Shown in pieces: positions 47,941 through 61,155 of a DNA stretch of 64,000 nucleotides. The notes under the pieces were generated by a model. It searched no databases. It was not told the DNA's origin and saw only the letters and a program-made list of their open reading frames with translations. The stretch comes from Macrostomum lignano (taxonomy: Eukaryota): NCBI GenBank assembly GCA_002269645.1, contig NIVC01001185.1, positions 186,001-250,000 of the forward strand. The letters run 5' to 3'. The position numbers were made by a program, and so were the translations under genes. How positions within the stretch are numbered: the stretch's first letter is position 1; every line of letters starts with the position of its first letter.

Positions 47941-48494
47941 TTTCCTTAGTTTTGCTTGTAAGCAGACTAGAGTCTAGAGATAACGTAATAGTACTTTCTG
48001 GTAAGCATCTATGAGGCCATGTCTATGAAACCAGAGAATATCGTGCTTTACCTGAAGTACAATCGGAATTCATCACTTTACACCACTTGATATTTGTTAA
48101 TACAGTAATGACTGTCTATTTATAACTGTAAACTTGGTCGAATGACACTATACATTATCGATGCTGACTACTGTCACAATAATATATTCCAATTATCTAG
48201 CAGTCAATACTTCACATCTGCTGCTTACAGATGCAATTTGGCAAGAACACAAGTCGCTATTGTAAATGAACTTCAGGAAAATTGACTGTTTAACCCGGAG
48301 ATCTACAGGTCTACATGTACATGTATACACACACACGTAGGCGGCTACGCACTATCCTTATGCAGTGGCTCCTGATTGCGCTCCTCAAAAAAATAAATTG
48401 AAGAGGTAGCCATGCATGCTCGACGAATTAAGGGAGCTCACCTATTGGACACCGGGGGTTTTCCACTGGCCTAGAAGATAGGGGGTCCGGAGAC

Positions 48495-50118
48495 AGGAGT
48501 ACCCACCAAGAGACAGGGCACCATGGGGGCAGGGCTCTCACAAGAGACGGGCGCCCACCAAGAGACAGGGGCGCCCACCAAGAGACAGGGCCGCCCACCA
48601 AGAGACAGGGGCGCCCACCAAAAGACAGAGGTGCCCACCAAGAGACAGGGCCGCCCACCAAGAGACAGAGGCGCCCACCAAGAGACAGGGGCACCCACCA
48701 AAAGACAGAGGCGCCCACCAAGAGACAGGACCGCCCACCAAGAGACAGGGGCGCCCACCAAAAGACAGAGGTGCCCACCAAGAGACAGGGCCGCCCACCA
48801 AGAGACAGGGGCGCCCACCAAAAGACAGAGGCGCCCACCAAGAGACAGGGCCGCCCACCAAGAGACAGGGGCGCCCACCAAAAGACAGAGGCGCCCACCA
48901 AGAGACAGGGCCGCCCACCAAGAGACAGGGGCGCCCACCAAAAGACAGGTGCCCACCAAGAGACAGGGCCGCCCACCAAGAGACAGGGGCGCCCACCAAA
49001 AGAAAGAGGCGCCCACCAAGAGACAGGACCGCCCACCAAAAGACAGGGGCGCCCACCAAAAGACAGAGGTGCCCACCAAGAGACAGGGCCGCCCACCAAG
49101 AGACAGGGGCGCCCACCAAAAGACAGAGGCGCCCACCATGAGACAGGGCCGCCCACCAAGAGACAGGGGCGCCCACCAAAAGACAGAGGCGCCCACCAAG
49201 AGACAGGGCCGCCCACCAAGAGACAGGGGCGCCCACCAAAAGACAGGTGCCCACCAAGAGACAGGGCCGCCCACCAAGAGACAGGGGCGCCCACCAAAAT
49301 ACAGAGGCGCCCACCAAGAGACAGGACCGCCCACCAAGAGACAGGGGCGCCCACCAAAAGACAGAGGTGCCCACCAAGAGACAGGGCCGCCCACCAAGAG
49401 ACAGGGGCGCCCACCAAGAGACAGGGCCGCCCACCAAGAGACAGGGGCGCCCACCAAGAGACAGGGGCGCCCACCAAGAGACAGGGGCGCCCAGCAAGAG
49501 ACAGGGGCGCCCACCAAGAGACAGGGGCGCCCACCAAGAGACAGGGGCGCCCACCAAAAGACAGAGGCGCCCACCAAGAGACAGGACCGCCCACCAAGAG
49601 ACAGGGGCGCCCACCAAAAGACAGAGGTGCCCACCAAGAGACAGGGCCGCCCACCAAGAGACAGGGGCGCCCACCAAAAGACAGAGGCGCCCACCAAGAG
49701 ACAGGACCGCCCACTAAGAGACAGGGGCGCCCACCAAAAGACAGAGGTGCCCACCAAGAGACAGGGCCGCCCACCAAGAGACAGGGGCGCCCACCAAGAG
49801 ACAGGGCCGCCCACCAAGAGACAGGGGCGCCCACCAAGAGACAGGGGCGCCCACCAAGAGACAGGGGCGCCCAGCAAGAGACAGGGGCGCCCACCAAGAG
49901 ACAGGGGCGCCCACCAAGAGACAGGGCACCATGGGGGCAGGGCTCTCACAAGAGACAGGGCCGCCCACCAAGAGATCGACAGGGCCGCCCACCAAGAGAC
50001 AGGGCCGCCCACCAAGAGACAGGGGCGCCCAGCAAGAGACAGGGGCGCCCAGCAAGAGACAGGGGCGTCCAGCAAGAGACAGGGGCGCCCACCAAGAGAC
50101 AGGAGCGCCCACCAAGAC
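48495..50118. repeat. GC-rich minisatellite, ~20-21-bp unit AGAGACAGGGGCGCCCACCA
   Basis: About 1.6 kb of tandem units with variant patterns; AGAGACAGGGCACCATGGGGGCAGGGCTCTCACAAGAGAC occurs near both ends (~48511 and ~49918). Confidence 0.95.
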
Positions 50119-51261
50119 ACCAAATATTGGCGCCCTAGAGGGTTGCGGTCCCGTCCGATTAAAATTCCTGCGTAAACCAGAACCTCCTATGAAAGGCAAA
50201 TCAAAACAAATGACATTATGAAATCAAACAGCAAATCCTTTTGTTTGTCATTGAGAGCCTCCTTAGACTGCAGACTGCAGCAAAAGCCAGTAAAATCGGC
50301 AGTTCAAGATAGATTTTCAATTAAAAGTGCGATTGCAATTTACATTAATTCATATCTCAAGCAAAACAAAAGCAAAGTGTATTTTTTCATTAAATAGCAT
50401 CAACTCAAAGTGATTAGAAACATTCTTGTTTTATTAGCTCAAAAAGATTAGCATAGTTGATATGACTATTTCAACAACAGAAAAAATAAGCATAACTACA
50501 ATGTAGAAATAGCCTAGTAAGACTAGAAAGCAGATTTATTAACAAAATAATCTATTAACATCTCGACTAGCGTTCTTCTTGTGACAGAATTAACTGCAAT
50601 GTGCTTATGAAATAAAACAGTTTACTCCTGGGTTAGAGACTTGGGTTACACTAGAAGTCAGGAAGTCAGGAAATAAAGTTTTCCTGACAATATAAAACAA
50701 TACAATAAACTCTGATAAATAGGTCAACAACAGCTCCAGATCATCACTGGACTCATTTAGTGTCAACCCGATGAAAACGGTAATAAGAAAGATGTCACGC
50801 TAAAAGTCGCCAAAACGTCTTTTGAGAGCCACCTAAGGGCTGATATGAGGCGTTTTGATTGTCTGCGACTCTGAAGTGATTGTAGAATCACTGAGTTGCA
50901 TTTTGGCATTTATAACAGCTCTATCTAGTCTACTTGAGCTAGTAGAAAGTTAAGCGCTGACATAACGACTCTTGGACGATTGTTTTCGTGACTTATGCAA
51001 CTCACTTGTTGCGCTCGTGACTCAACAGTCGCCTCTCCGTCGCATTACAGTCGTTAAAAAGTCATAAAAAGTCCTAAGCAACTAGAGACTTTTGTCAACG
51101 GTAAAGTAGGTCAGGATGATATCTCAAGGTCAGCTAGAGCTCATTTCAATCAATTCGAGATAAAATCCTGACGAAGTGAAAGTTAGTATTAGCTAAAGAG
51201 CATGAGAACAGCCAAGAAGGTTGATTGATGAATACATCTTACAAGGGTTGAACAGAATCTA

Positions 51262-51951
51262 TCAGACAAGCTCTCCAGTGCGGCGCAGCAGAGTAACCTG
51301 ATCTTGAATCTGTCCGGCCAACACTCTCGATAGAAATATGGCAGTCAGTTGCACAACTGAGACAGCGATGGCCACGCCAGCCACCGGGATAACATTGTTC
51401 TCAATGTACTTTCTAGTAGCTTCAACGCAACCGACAGTCCAGATTCGAGCCTCCGGCTGCTCAGTGTTGCGCGGATTGGTCACGTGATAGCCGCACATAG
51501 TATTGATGACTCGATCGTCAATATCGTTCATCTTCTTGCAGCAGGAGAACGGCACGCCGCAGCGCTCCGGACTGGTGTTATTAGCGTTGCAGGCGAAGTA
51601 TTTGTTATCGTTCCAGTCGCGATAGGAGGCGGCGCCGCAGCAGGCCAAATTTTTGTGATACCAATCGATAAAGTTCTGCGTGTCCTCGTATCGCTCCTCT
51701 CGGTACATTGTGATCATGTTGGCCTTGAGTACGGTCTCAACGTAGTCGATAGCTCGATCCTTCAGCACGAACACGGCTATCGCGGCGGCGCATTCGGCTA
51801 AGAAGATGACAAACAATGACAGGGCGAAGAACTTCAACAGGCAGGCATTGTCGCGCAGGGAGCCCAAACAGCCGGCAAAGGTTAGCAGGAAAACGAGGGC
51901 GCCGAAAGCGATGAACACCAGGGTGGCGTCGAATATAACGCTGAATATGTC
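51262..51951 (-). CDS. Tetraspanin (TspanC8 type), exon 2
   Basis: cccag|GAC acceptor at phase 0; TM2-TM4 and a large loop with CCG, W.DNKYFAC, CGVPFSCC, MCG and GCV (8 Cys). Confidence 0.9.
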   Translation of the reverse strand, partial: DIFSVIFDATLVFIAFGALVFLLTFAGCLGSLRDNACLLKFFALSLFVIFLAECAAAIAVFVLKDRAIDYVETVLKANMITMYREERYEDTQNFIDWYHKNLACCGAASYRDWNDNKYFACNANNTSPERCGVPFSCCKKMNDIDDRVINTMCGYHVTNPRNTEQPEARIWTVGCVEATRKYIENNVIPVAGVAIAVSVVQLTAIFLSRVLAGQIQDQVTLLRRTGELV

Positions 51952-52865
51952 CTGGGGGGTTGGAAGTTCGGGGGTGGGGGCAGCGCAAGCGTTTTATTGG
52001 CGAAACAGTGCGAGCCCTCTGGCATAGAGATCAATAGAATAGGACTGCGTTTGTGTAGTGGTACGAATATAACTATTGCCTCTATCCTCTACCGTCTATC
52101 GTCTATCTATCTATATTCAGCAACATTGAAAAGTCGCCACCCTTTGCCCCAGTGACCAGTGTCTTTCGACCAGCGTCCATCACCTGGCCAACCATTTTGA
52201 TATTAAAAATGCTTGAAAAAAACAATTTGAAAACCTAGCGGAAGCTTCAAACCATCCAGTCTTCGCCCTCCGCTCTTCCCAATCCCTCCTCACCCAGCCC
52301 AACTCTGCGTCGCGTGGCGCAAGTTGCGTCACTCAAAAGTCAACACTGAGCTGGAATTTACTGCGCACTCTCAATTGGTGGCGAATTTTTTCTGTTGTTG
52401 CACGGGTATACGAGTTCACAACCCCTGAATCAGGAATTACCAGCGCTCTTCTCCGCCAAAAAAGAGACGCTGCCTAGTACTCGTACTTGAATTTTTCACT
52501 CAGCTGACCGGGCGGTTGTGACGTTGTCAGTTTAGTAGCCCCGCCAAGGGCCGTTTTGACATACGGTACCAATCTTTAATATTACTAGTTCCGTTGTCTC
52601 ACGTTTGCTTAAAGTAGTGCCCTAAGAATTTTAATCAACTGCGTACATTTGTAAAGCCTGCGTACAGCGCGCGATCGATAATTTCTGTTCCTGTTTTTCT
52701 CAGCCGGCCAATAGAAAAGCCGCGCATTAATTATACTAAGTTCTCCTCGCGCGCCCACCCCCCAGCCCGCTCTTTATCAGATCTGTCTGGCCGTGCGCTC
52801 GGGGTTAACTGGTCCCGCCTGGCTTTGCGTCCCCGCCTGTAGACTCTTGCCGCCTTTACTTGTTT

Positions 52866-52866
52866 A

Positions 52867-52912
<46 letters not shown>

Positions 52913-52913
52913 G

Positions 52914-52948
<35 letters not shown>

Positions 52949-53009
52949 GTCTATCTATCTATCTATCTATCTATCTATCGGTCTATCTATCTGTCTATCT
53001 ATCTATCTG

Positions 53010-53076
<67 letters not shown>

Positions 53077-53077
53077 G

Positions 53078-53112
<35 letters not shown>

Positions 53113-53113
53113 C
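52866..53113. repeat. (TATC)n / (GATA)n microsatellite in tetraspanin intron
   Basis: Direct reading, with occasional TGTC variants. Confidence 0.97.
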
Positions 53114-53271
53114 TCTTTCTGTCTAGTTCACAACTTTGGACCATATACCGGGTATTTCTCTTCTCTATTTATCTAACTTTTTACTCTTTCCATTTATAAT
53201 TTCACATAAGCAGTTTTCACACTTTCAGATGCTACTTATTTTCAGGGCAGATGTGGCTCAAACAAATTCAC

Positions 53272-53451
53272 CTTCACACCGCCGCTAGCCGAATCAAAGG
53301 CTTCCCTCTTCATGAACGCGGCGGCGACCCCGATGCCAAGGATTAGACTGCCAGCCAGCCAGAAGACAAAATTAAAGAAGAACAATGCATACTTTATGCA
53401 CGGATTAACAAAATTTGTTCGACGACCGCCACTGACAATTGCACGGGGCAT
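53272..53451 (-). CDS. Tetraspanin (TspanC8 type), exon 1
   Basis: MPRAIV...CIKYALFFFNFVFWLAGSLILGIG (TM1); AAG|gtgaat donor at phase 0; joined product is 289 aa. Confidence 0.85.
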
Positions 53452-53715
53452 TGGTTGGCATTGCCGGCGCTGTCGCTTGGCGTTATTGTTGTTGCCGCCA
53501 TGGCAACTAGGCTTGCCTGGCGGCGCTTGGTAACCACGACGGTTCGGCTGAAATGAAATGGGTTGATGCAGTGCGAGATTGGCTGGCCTGGCAGGTGATG
53601 CAATTGTGCTTTTGCTTTTTCAAAATTTTATAACATTGAATCCAGTCTTGATAAAAATACTAAAGATTTGCAAATTAAAAAGCTTAAAAACTAATGCTTT
53701 GAAATTCCACATCTA

Positions 53716-54997
53716 TTAGGGTGAGCCAAAAGTTTCCGGAATTTTTTCGAATCGAAATTTTAGATAATTTTTGTCTATGGAAAAGCTTAAAAGCAGCTAC
53801 CATCTACTATGCTGTTGGCCAGCCTTATCATCCCTCTTTAGCTTAGCATCGCTCAGCTTCCCAGACCCTGCCTACTTAAGCCATCAAACGCATCCAATGG
53901 AACTGCCAAGAACTGAATGGCGAGCAATTCTGCTCAACCACTTTCATGCGGGACGCAAAGCAGCAGAGGCATATCGCGAGTTGTTGCAGCTGATGGGCCC
54001 AAATGCACCCTCCAAGTCATCGGTGTACGAGTGGTTCTCTCGCTTTGCTGAGGAGAACTATGGGCTGAAGAACAAGCCGAGGTCAGGCCGACCCCCTGCT
54101 GCTGATGGTGATGCCATTCTCCAAGCTCTTGAGGACAATCCGGACTACAGCCTGCGCAAGCTGTCAGCTGCTACTGGGGTGTCCTGTGGCACGGTCCGGC
54201 GGAGCCTGCATGCTGCGGACAAGGTGCCAAAGAAGCCGACTCTGGTGCCCCATGAGCTGACACCTCAGCAGCTGAGAGCCAGGGTGCATGTGGCGACTTC
54301 GAATCTTTGCCAGGCCGGTTCGCCAAACTTTCTCAAGTCGATAATCGCTCAAGACGAGAAGTGGGTCTGCTATGAGAACCCAAGCACATCAGCCGTCTGG
54401 GTCAATGCTTCTGAAGAACCACCCAGCTGCCCAATGTGGAACCCCCACTGCGGCAAGGAGCTGCTCTCTTTCTGGTTCTGCTCGTCTGGCCCTGTTTTCT
54501 GGGAGGTCATCCTGCATGGCATGGCTGTAAACGCGGAGGTGATCTGCAGTGAACTGGAGCAGGTCACCCGTTTGCTGCGATCCGTGTGCCCAGGGCACCG
54601 CGACAAGGTGCTCCTCTTCGACAATGTGCGGCCTCACAAAGCAAGACTCACCCAGGCCAAGCTGGCAAGCCTGGGGTTCAGTGTTTTGCCCCACCCACCA
54701 TACTTGCCAGACCTCTCGCCATGCGACTACCATGTGTTCAGGTCTCTCCAGAGCTTTTGCGATGGACAGCAATTTGCCAACAAGCAACATGTGGAGCAGG
54801 CAGTGCAAAAATGGATAGATTCAAATTCAAAGCCTGAGAGCTTCTGGAGGGAGGGGATTGAGGCATTGCCAGCAAGATGGGAGAGGGTCAGGGCCTTGAA
54901 TGGCAACTACATCACATCGTTGTAAAGTATTTGTTCTTGACACTATTTGTTACAGTTTTCAATTGTTCAAATTCCAGAAACTTTTGGCTCACCCTAA
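53716..54997 (+). mobile_element. Mariner-family DNA transposon, 1282 bp, apparently intact
   Basis: TIR TTAGGGTGAGCCAAAAGTTTC(C/T)GGAATTT at both ends; TA duplication at 53714-53715 and 54998-54999. Confidence 0.95.
53897..54925 (+). CDS. Mariner transposase, DD34D, 342 aa
   Basis: HTH region (W..RF...L..KPRSGRP), LVPHEL, QDEKW, FDNVRPH and YLPDLSPCDY; 34 residues between the second and third Asp. Confidence 0.93.
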   Translation: MELPRTEWRAILLNHFHAGRKAAEAYRELLQLMGPNAPSKSSVYEWFSRFAEENYGLKNKPRSGRPPAADGDAILQALEDNPDYSLRKLSAATGVSCGTVRRSLHAADKVPKKPTLVPHELTPQQLRARVHVATSNLCQAGSPNFLKSIIAQDEKWVCYENPSTSAVWVNASEEPPSCPMWNPHCGKELLSFWFCSSGPVFWEVILHGMAVNAEVICSELEQVTRLLRSVCPGHRDKVLLFDNVRPHKARLTQAKLASLGFSVLPHPPYLPDLSPCDYHVFRSLQSFCDGQQFANKQHVEQAVQKWIDSNSKPESFWREGIEALPARWERVRALNGNYITSL

Positions 54998-57900
54998 TAT
55001 ATTTAGCACAAGTTAATCTCCAGTGAAAGAGAAACAAATCACTAGGCCTATACTATCTATTTCACTATCTATTTTTTAAATCTTATTTTTATTAAAAAAA
55101 ATAAATAAGAAATAAATATAAGAATCAAAAACGAAGTCTAAACAAATATAACATATAGTTTAAATATGACTTTTTGACTTATTATAGACCCCCTACGATA
55201 GTCTTTGCATGACAATTTTGGAACAAAAATCAAACCCTATAGTCTGGAAGATGGCCTCTATGCCAGAAAATTCCAGCATATTTTTGCCCTTGGTAACAAT
55301 CTTGACATACACTTGGCATATAGAATTTTCAAGTTCAACATGAAGTGTTAACAGTTGGCATATAAAAAATACCCAAGTTTAGGCCTAATATAAATTGTGT
55401 AGTTAAATATTAACCAATGTCAATGAAAGCTCTTCATTAGTAATTTAGGAAAAAAGCAAAATTAAAATAAATGTGCTATGGGTGTTCCGATACGATACAA
55501 AATCCTACCGCTGAAACCAATGTTGTCGCAGGGCTTACTTCTGTCCTCCAACTATCTCACAGTTAAGCCACCAAAGTTGTGACAGGCCTTTCATCTCTCT
55601 AAAAATTATCCTACTAATTGCCACCAACTGTGACAGGTCTATTTTTTCTTACTGAAATTTCTACTACTGATACTAAATTTGCCTTAATGTTTCTAACTGT
55701 TTCTTAGAATCTCATATATTTCTAGGTAGCATTCTTGTAGTGTTCTGGCAGCATTCTTAGTATATGGTCTGGTAGTGTTCTAGTAGTGTTCTTAGTATAT
55801 GGTCTGGTAGCGTTCTTAGTATATGGCCTGAGCGGTCTACTGGTATATGTACTTTTCTTTCTCCAGTCTGGGCATTACCGAGATTAGAAGGTCACAGCGA
55901 TTACTCTTAATACTACTCTTTGCATGAATTCCAATTGCAACTTTCAACCTTCTCTGCAATACTCTTTAGAAATAAGCAATTATCTGAGAATGATTTATCG
56001 AACACATTTTGAGCTTATAGCTAGCAAACCAGTTACTTTTCCATTCCTTCGGCTTTCTCCTATTTATATCAGTCAATCGCGTATATATAAAACAAACTCT
56101 TACAACTTGAGAATATTTTGCGTATTATAACAAAAGAATATTAATTTTTGCGCTAGTTTAAAAACAATAATTCCTAGAAATAAGGTACTGCTACTACATA
56201 AAGTTTTAGTTTTTAGCAAAAAACAGCTATTTTAAAGTTTAGTAAAACTCCTTATATTGCTAAATATATATATATTCTCTAAAAAAATTGCTGTTAAAAC
56301 AACTTTGTTGGGCTTAGCATAAAAATTGATTTTAATTAGAATTAATGTGGCTTAAACATTAGATTGTCTTTGGTACAAAGTCTCTGAATATTAGTCAGGT
56401 GGGTAGACTCAGTCAGTGGTCAGTCAGCCAGGATGAAATTAATCCCCAAAACAAATAACGCATTTTGCACGAAAAATAAATAATAATTGAGTGCGCAAAA
56501 CTTCATTCATTTTTTTGGCCCTAAGCTACGCCTATAATAGAGCTTTAGTAAATTAATATTGGCGCTAGTGCTAGCATTGCTACATTTAAATCCAACAATA
56601 AGTCCAATACAACATTAGACTTGTACTGGCATCTACATGCATGTACATTAATGCACTGAGGACTACTAGGCACTCTTTAGTTTAGAATCGAAGGACGGGG
56701 AACCTCGTTTCTTAGAAAAATTTGCGAGGCAGGTTTTTAAAAAAATACTACAGTAGATAGCAAGTTTTCATTTTTTCAGCACCAAATTTGTTGTTGCTTA
56801 CGATATAGAAGGCAGACTCAATGTTCATGTTTTGCTATGTTCTGTCTTATAGCTCTAATCGATATTCCTAAAGCTTTTAAGCAGTCAGCCAAGAATCGCA
56901 AAATTATCGCAAAAATCGCAAAAATCCAGTGTGCATTTCATGTACTGCTTCTCGTACATTTTAACAAATTCAACAAATACGCTCTTACAATTCTAAGCCT
57001 ATGTGTGACGAATAAAGGCAGGAAGACGTGCAGTTTGTGTAGCGGTTAAATTTGATAATCTAGAGCCAGTAGCCGACTTCCCTTAGTGTAAATTGCAGAT
57101 TCAGATTTGGTATGTTGAATTGAAGGTTAGGTTTTGATTGGTAGCTGCTTAATTTTAGTGCGACTAAAGCAATTGAATGCGACGGCTAAGGGGCCCGCGA
57201 GAAGTGGAGCGAAAACTCAGGAGAGCAGGGGGAGAGCGGCGGCTGGCTGCAAGCGTATATTTAATTGGTAAGGTAAACAGATAACAAACAACAGCGACCC
57301 TAATCCAAAACCCAGACAAACCCCCACGCGGCGCGCAATGTACATGTACAAATCAATCGATAAATATATCATGCAAGAATAACATACGTCAGTACATGTA
57401 CATAGGTAGAACTACTTTACGATAAATAATAACGATATGAATGAAATACAAATAATAGAATAAATACATACGAGGCTACAAAAACAAAGCAATTAACAGT
57501 AAAAATAGCGCGATAATAATACGTACGAATATTGTTAAAATAAATGGAAGAATACAGTAGTAGCACGGTATGCATATGAAAAAAAAGAAATACGATACAC
57601 GCGCTTCTACGAATCACACTGTCACAGATGAATTTTAACACATTAAAGTTTAAGACGTGAAATTATAACTATAATCAATATATTGTGACTGTCGCCTTTT
57701 TGACAGTCGCCTTTTTGATCTGTCATCAAGTTTTGTGGGGCAAAACTGTTGTTAAGTTCGCCACGAAGGGCCCACCTAAAACCGGAGAGGTCCCCGGTCG
57801 AGCGACAGCCGTTATTGTATTTGGCTTTTGCGCTTGTAGTGTCAAAAACTGCATGTCGAACTCGAGTTTAACTCGATCATCTCCTCTGAACTTATAAATA

Positions 57901-58608
57901 AGCAAGAGAAGCACAATATTATTAGCTAAACAAATCAGGGCGACACTGACTGTTAACTTTTTCGTATCGATTTTTCTCATTGGCACGATGAGAAATTCAT
58001 TACAGTTTGCATTGGTTACTCGCCGCATTACATGTGAGTGAGATCAGTGTAATTTTGTTCTGAAAATCTGCCTGGAAAAAAGAATCAATGTACATAGATC
58101 AGATGATCAGATTGCCGGCTTATCTTTAAATTTCCAGTTAACTGTTCACATTAACATTTTATTTGTAGTGCGTTGAGCAACGATAAAATAGCTACAATTA
58201 ATACGCTAAATAGACATTTGATCGGTCGGGGGCTGATCTTAATTTAGCATTGATCTTTAGCTGATTTCTACGTACATGACGTATTTGTGAACCAGTGATG
58301 TAAAAGTAAAATTTACTTGTGATTTTATTGCTAAAACGAATGTACTGAATTACATGTATAAATTGAATATATCTCAGCAACATTGAAAACAGCGCCCTAG
58401 AGCATTTAGAGCAGCGATTCACTTCGATCAGCAGCTCACTACAATGCAACAAAAACAGCAACAAAATTTATACATGGTCAGTCAGTCAGCAGACAACGTC
58501 ACAGGGCGCGTTTCAAGGCCTGGGCGCGAACGTACATGTAGAGACAGTGTCCAGGGACGCCGGCATCATCAGTAGCAGGCAATAGACGAAACGCCGAGTG
58601 CGCGTCTG

Positions 58609-59121
58609 CATGTCCCTGCCGGTAGTAGGATGCCTGCTGCGCAGCGTCAGCAGCAGCACCTCCTTCACTGGCTGCGGGCAGTATGTAGGTGTACGACTCG
58701 ACTCAAATGAAATGGCCTACCAGCTGGAGTCGCCGACGGCGCAAAAGTTTGCTGGGACGGGACACGCCGATGCGGCGATAGAGTGCCGAATGTACGGCTC
58801 GCGACTTCCAACTCTACTATCGGACTGGCAAAGAAATTTGTAAATATCAATAGCTGTGTATTCTGTGAATTAGAATGTGAATCACTGATTGCATTGGGAC
58901 TGATTTTCACCAATTATTCTGATTCATTCATTTTAATGGACTCTGGAAACCTCGCGGATCCAGAAAACTATGGATACTCTAAGTACGCTCGTACGACAAC
59001 GTTGAATAGCTACGTGTGGGGCATTGAGCAGAGAACCGTGTGGTGCTTAATTTCATCCAGTATAGCACTGAGCGCTGCTGTGATTGGATCGAAGTGTACG
59101 ATCGCACTCACTGGCTTATGA
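58609..59121 (+). pseudogene. C-type-lectin-like ORF with a single frameshift
   Basis: MSLPVVGCLL...HADAAIECRMYGSRLPTLLSDWQ continues after a 1-nt shift near 58830 as KFVN...ALGL...F.LMDSG...YSKY...WCL, a CTL-like spacing. Weak similarity only. Confidence 0.35.
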
Positions 59122-60399
59122 GAAGCTCGACGACAATAAACGAAAGTACAGACTTTCAGACATGAGGACAAGCATATAGTTATATTGGCAAAAAGACATG
59201 ATTGAATATGATTACCTATCGATCGGTACTGTCTGTAAAAAATCATTAGTGCAAACACAGTTAAACGGCTAGAAAAGTACGATTATAACAGACAGCGAGA
59301 TTTAATCGAGAAATCGGAGAAACATTCTGCCAAAATATATAGCAATCAGGGACTACTTAAACTAGGGACGGGAAAGTGGCCAAATCATGCAGAAAATAGT
59401 TGGAGGCTGGTTTTTTCTAGCGCTCCTTAGAATTTATTATTGAACGCAGAAAGCTGCTTTTTTCGCCCTACAGAATTTATCCCTGTACGAGATGCACAAC
59501 TTAGTTTTTGTTGCTCTTTATTTTGAGAGGAGTGGTGAGCTTTTTTGTACGAGACATGATTTTGTCGTACAGGACCCCCCTTTTTTTAGGGAATTTAACA
59601 CAGTAAACGCTTTATTGAAATGTCTATGGTTTCTGCACAAGCATCATCGCTATTCAGTTAAGCTTTAGCCGCTTCTGCTGCGTCGTCTAAAAAATAGCCT
59701 TGAATAACTGAATAAAAAATGAAACTTTCGTTGTCATTACTCTGAAAGTTGCTCTGCAATTACTCTGAAACCGAGCCACGCGAATTCGGGGAGGGGGGCA
59801 ATGGAAAAGAGCAAAGGGAAAGCAGAAGACGATTTTTTTTCACAGAAGTCGCAGTCGGTGACTGTACGTACGTATTGCTAGGTATATTTTGTGGACATAT
59901 AGCCATTCAAAATTTCAAAAATTGTATTATAAACGTCTACATGGGGTCGCGTGTCAGTCAGTTTCGACTCATGGCACATTCAACAGTGGACAGCCGACGT
60001 AACAGAGAATTGTTTGGCTTGCAAATAAACAGGATTTGCAGAATATTATGCGATCACATGTGTCAGGTGAAGCCTCTTTGGTCTTTTAGCGCTGGACAAG
60101 GTCTTCAAAAAAGCAATTCGACAGTCGGCATGAGACAGCAGTTGCTGGAAAGTCGTGACCAGGAAAGAAGTATTCGGAAATAGTCAGAAAAAGTTATGAA
60201 CACGGGAGGCACAGCTTGGAGACTGCAGTGTAAAGCTGGCGGAGCATAGGCGAGAGAATTGAAGCAGCCACTCAGGCCGGTATGCCAGCCTTCCCTGGAA
60301 ACCATCTCCAGGAAATCGGAGGAATCAGAACTCCCCGCGCCTGCTTCTTGCGGTCAATTTTCCTTTACTGTGAGCTTGCTCGTAGTCGCCGGTTCATGT

Positions 60400-61155
60400 G
60401 AAGTCTCTCGATTTCACGCATCGTGCAGGACTCTCGCCGTCTGGCTGAACCCTTCGATAAATCGGTGGTAGCAGCATGCCGAGGAACGGCTTCACCTCTT
60501 CGACCGACTTTGGACTAGGGATGCTGCGAATGACCTCAAACTTGCTGGGGTCCGGTGCAATACCCTCTGCTCGCTGATCAGGTGTCCCAGGTACAGCACC
60601 CGGCGATGGCCGAACACGCTCTTCGCTTTGTGCAGTTTGAGACCCGCATCTCGCAGCCGTTAAAAAAACGCGCTCAGGTCTCAATAGATGCTCGTCAAAG
60701 GTCCTGCTGAGGACGATGATGTCGTTGTGTAAGTCAGCACGGAGTCCCAGGACAGACCGGAAATCACCAACTCCATCAGCCGCTGGAACGTCGCTGGGGC
60801 ATTGCAAATTCCAAAGCCCGTCTTGCGGAACTGCGTCAGGCTGCGGGTCGAATAAGGCAGTTTTAAACCGGTCCTCTTTCGCCACCTCAACCTGGTGGTA
60901 GCCCTGTCGTCAGTCGATGGTGGAGAACCAGGAGCACCCGACCAGAGCATTCATGCTTGCTGCATGTGCAGCAGCGGGTACGCGTCCTTGACCGTGCAGG
61001 CATTCAGCTGCCGCCAGTCCGTGCATTTTGCCGTTCTTGTGAAACACCAGCAGGTTGTTCACCCATGGCGACGACGACGGCTCGATGATGCCGCTGTCCA
61101 GCATCTGTACGATCTTTTTATCCACCTGGTCTCGCACAGACAGAGGCAGCCGGCG
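60400..61155 (-). mobile_element. Gypsy/Ty3 pol (RT) fragment, inverted and frameshifted
   Basis: RRLPL..RDQV.KKI..MLDSGIIEPSSSPW, KTGFGICNAPATFQRLM and FEVIRSIPSP..VEEV..FLGM. Confidence 0.8.

Noticed and set aside
48428-50221. Long ORFs of 380-550 aa on both strands
   Set aside because: They are translations of a stop-free minisatellite with no domain content.
52793-53176. YLSI-repeat ORFs
   Set aside because: Translation of the (TATC)n microsatellite.
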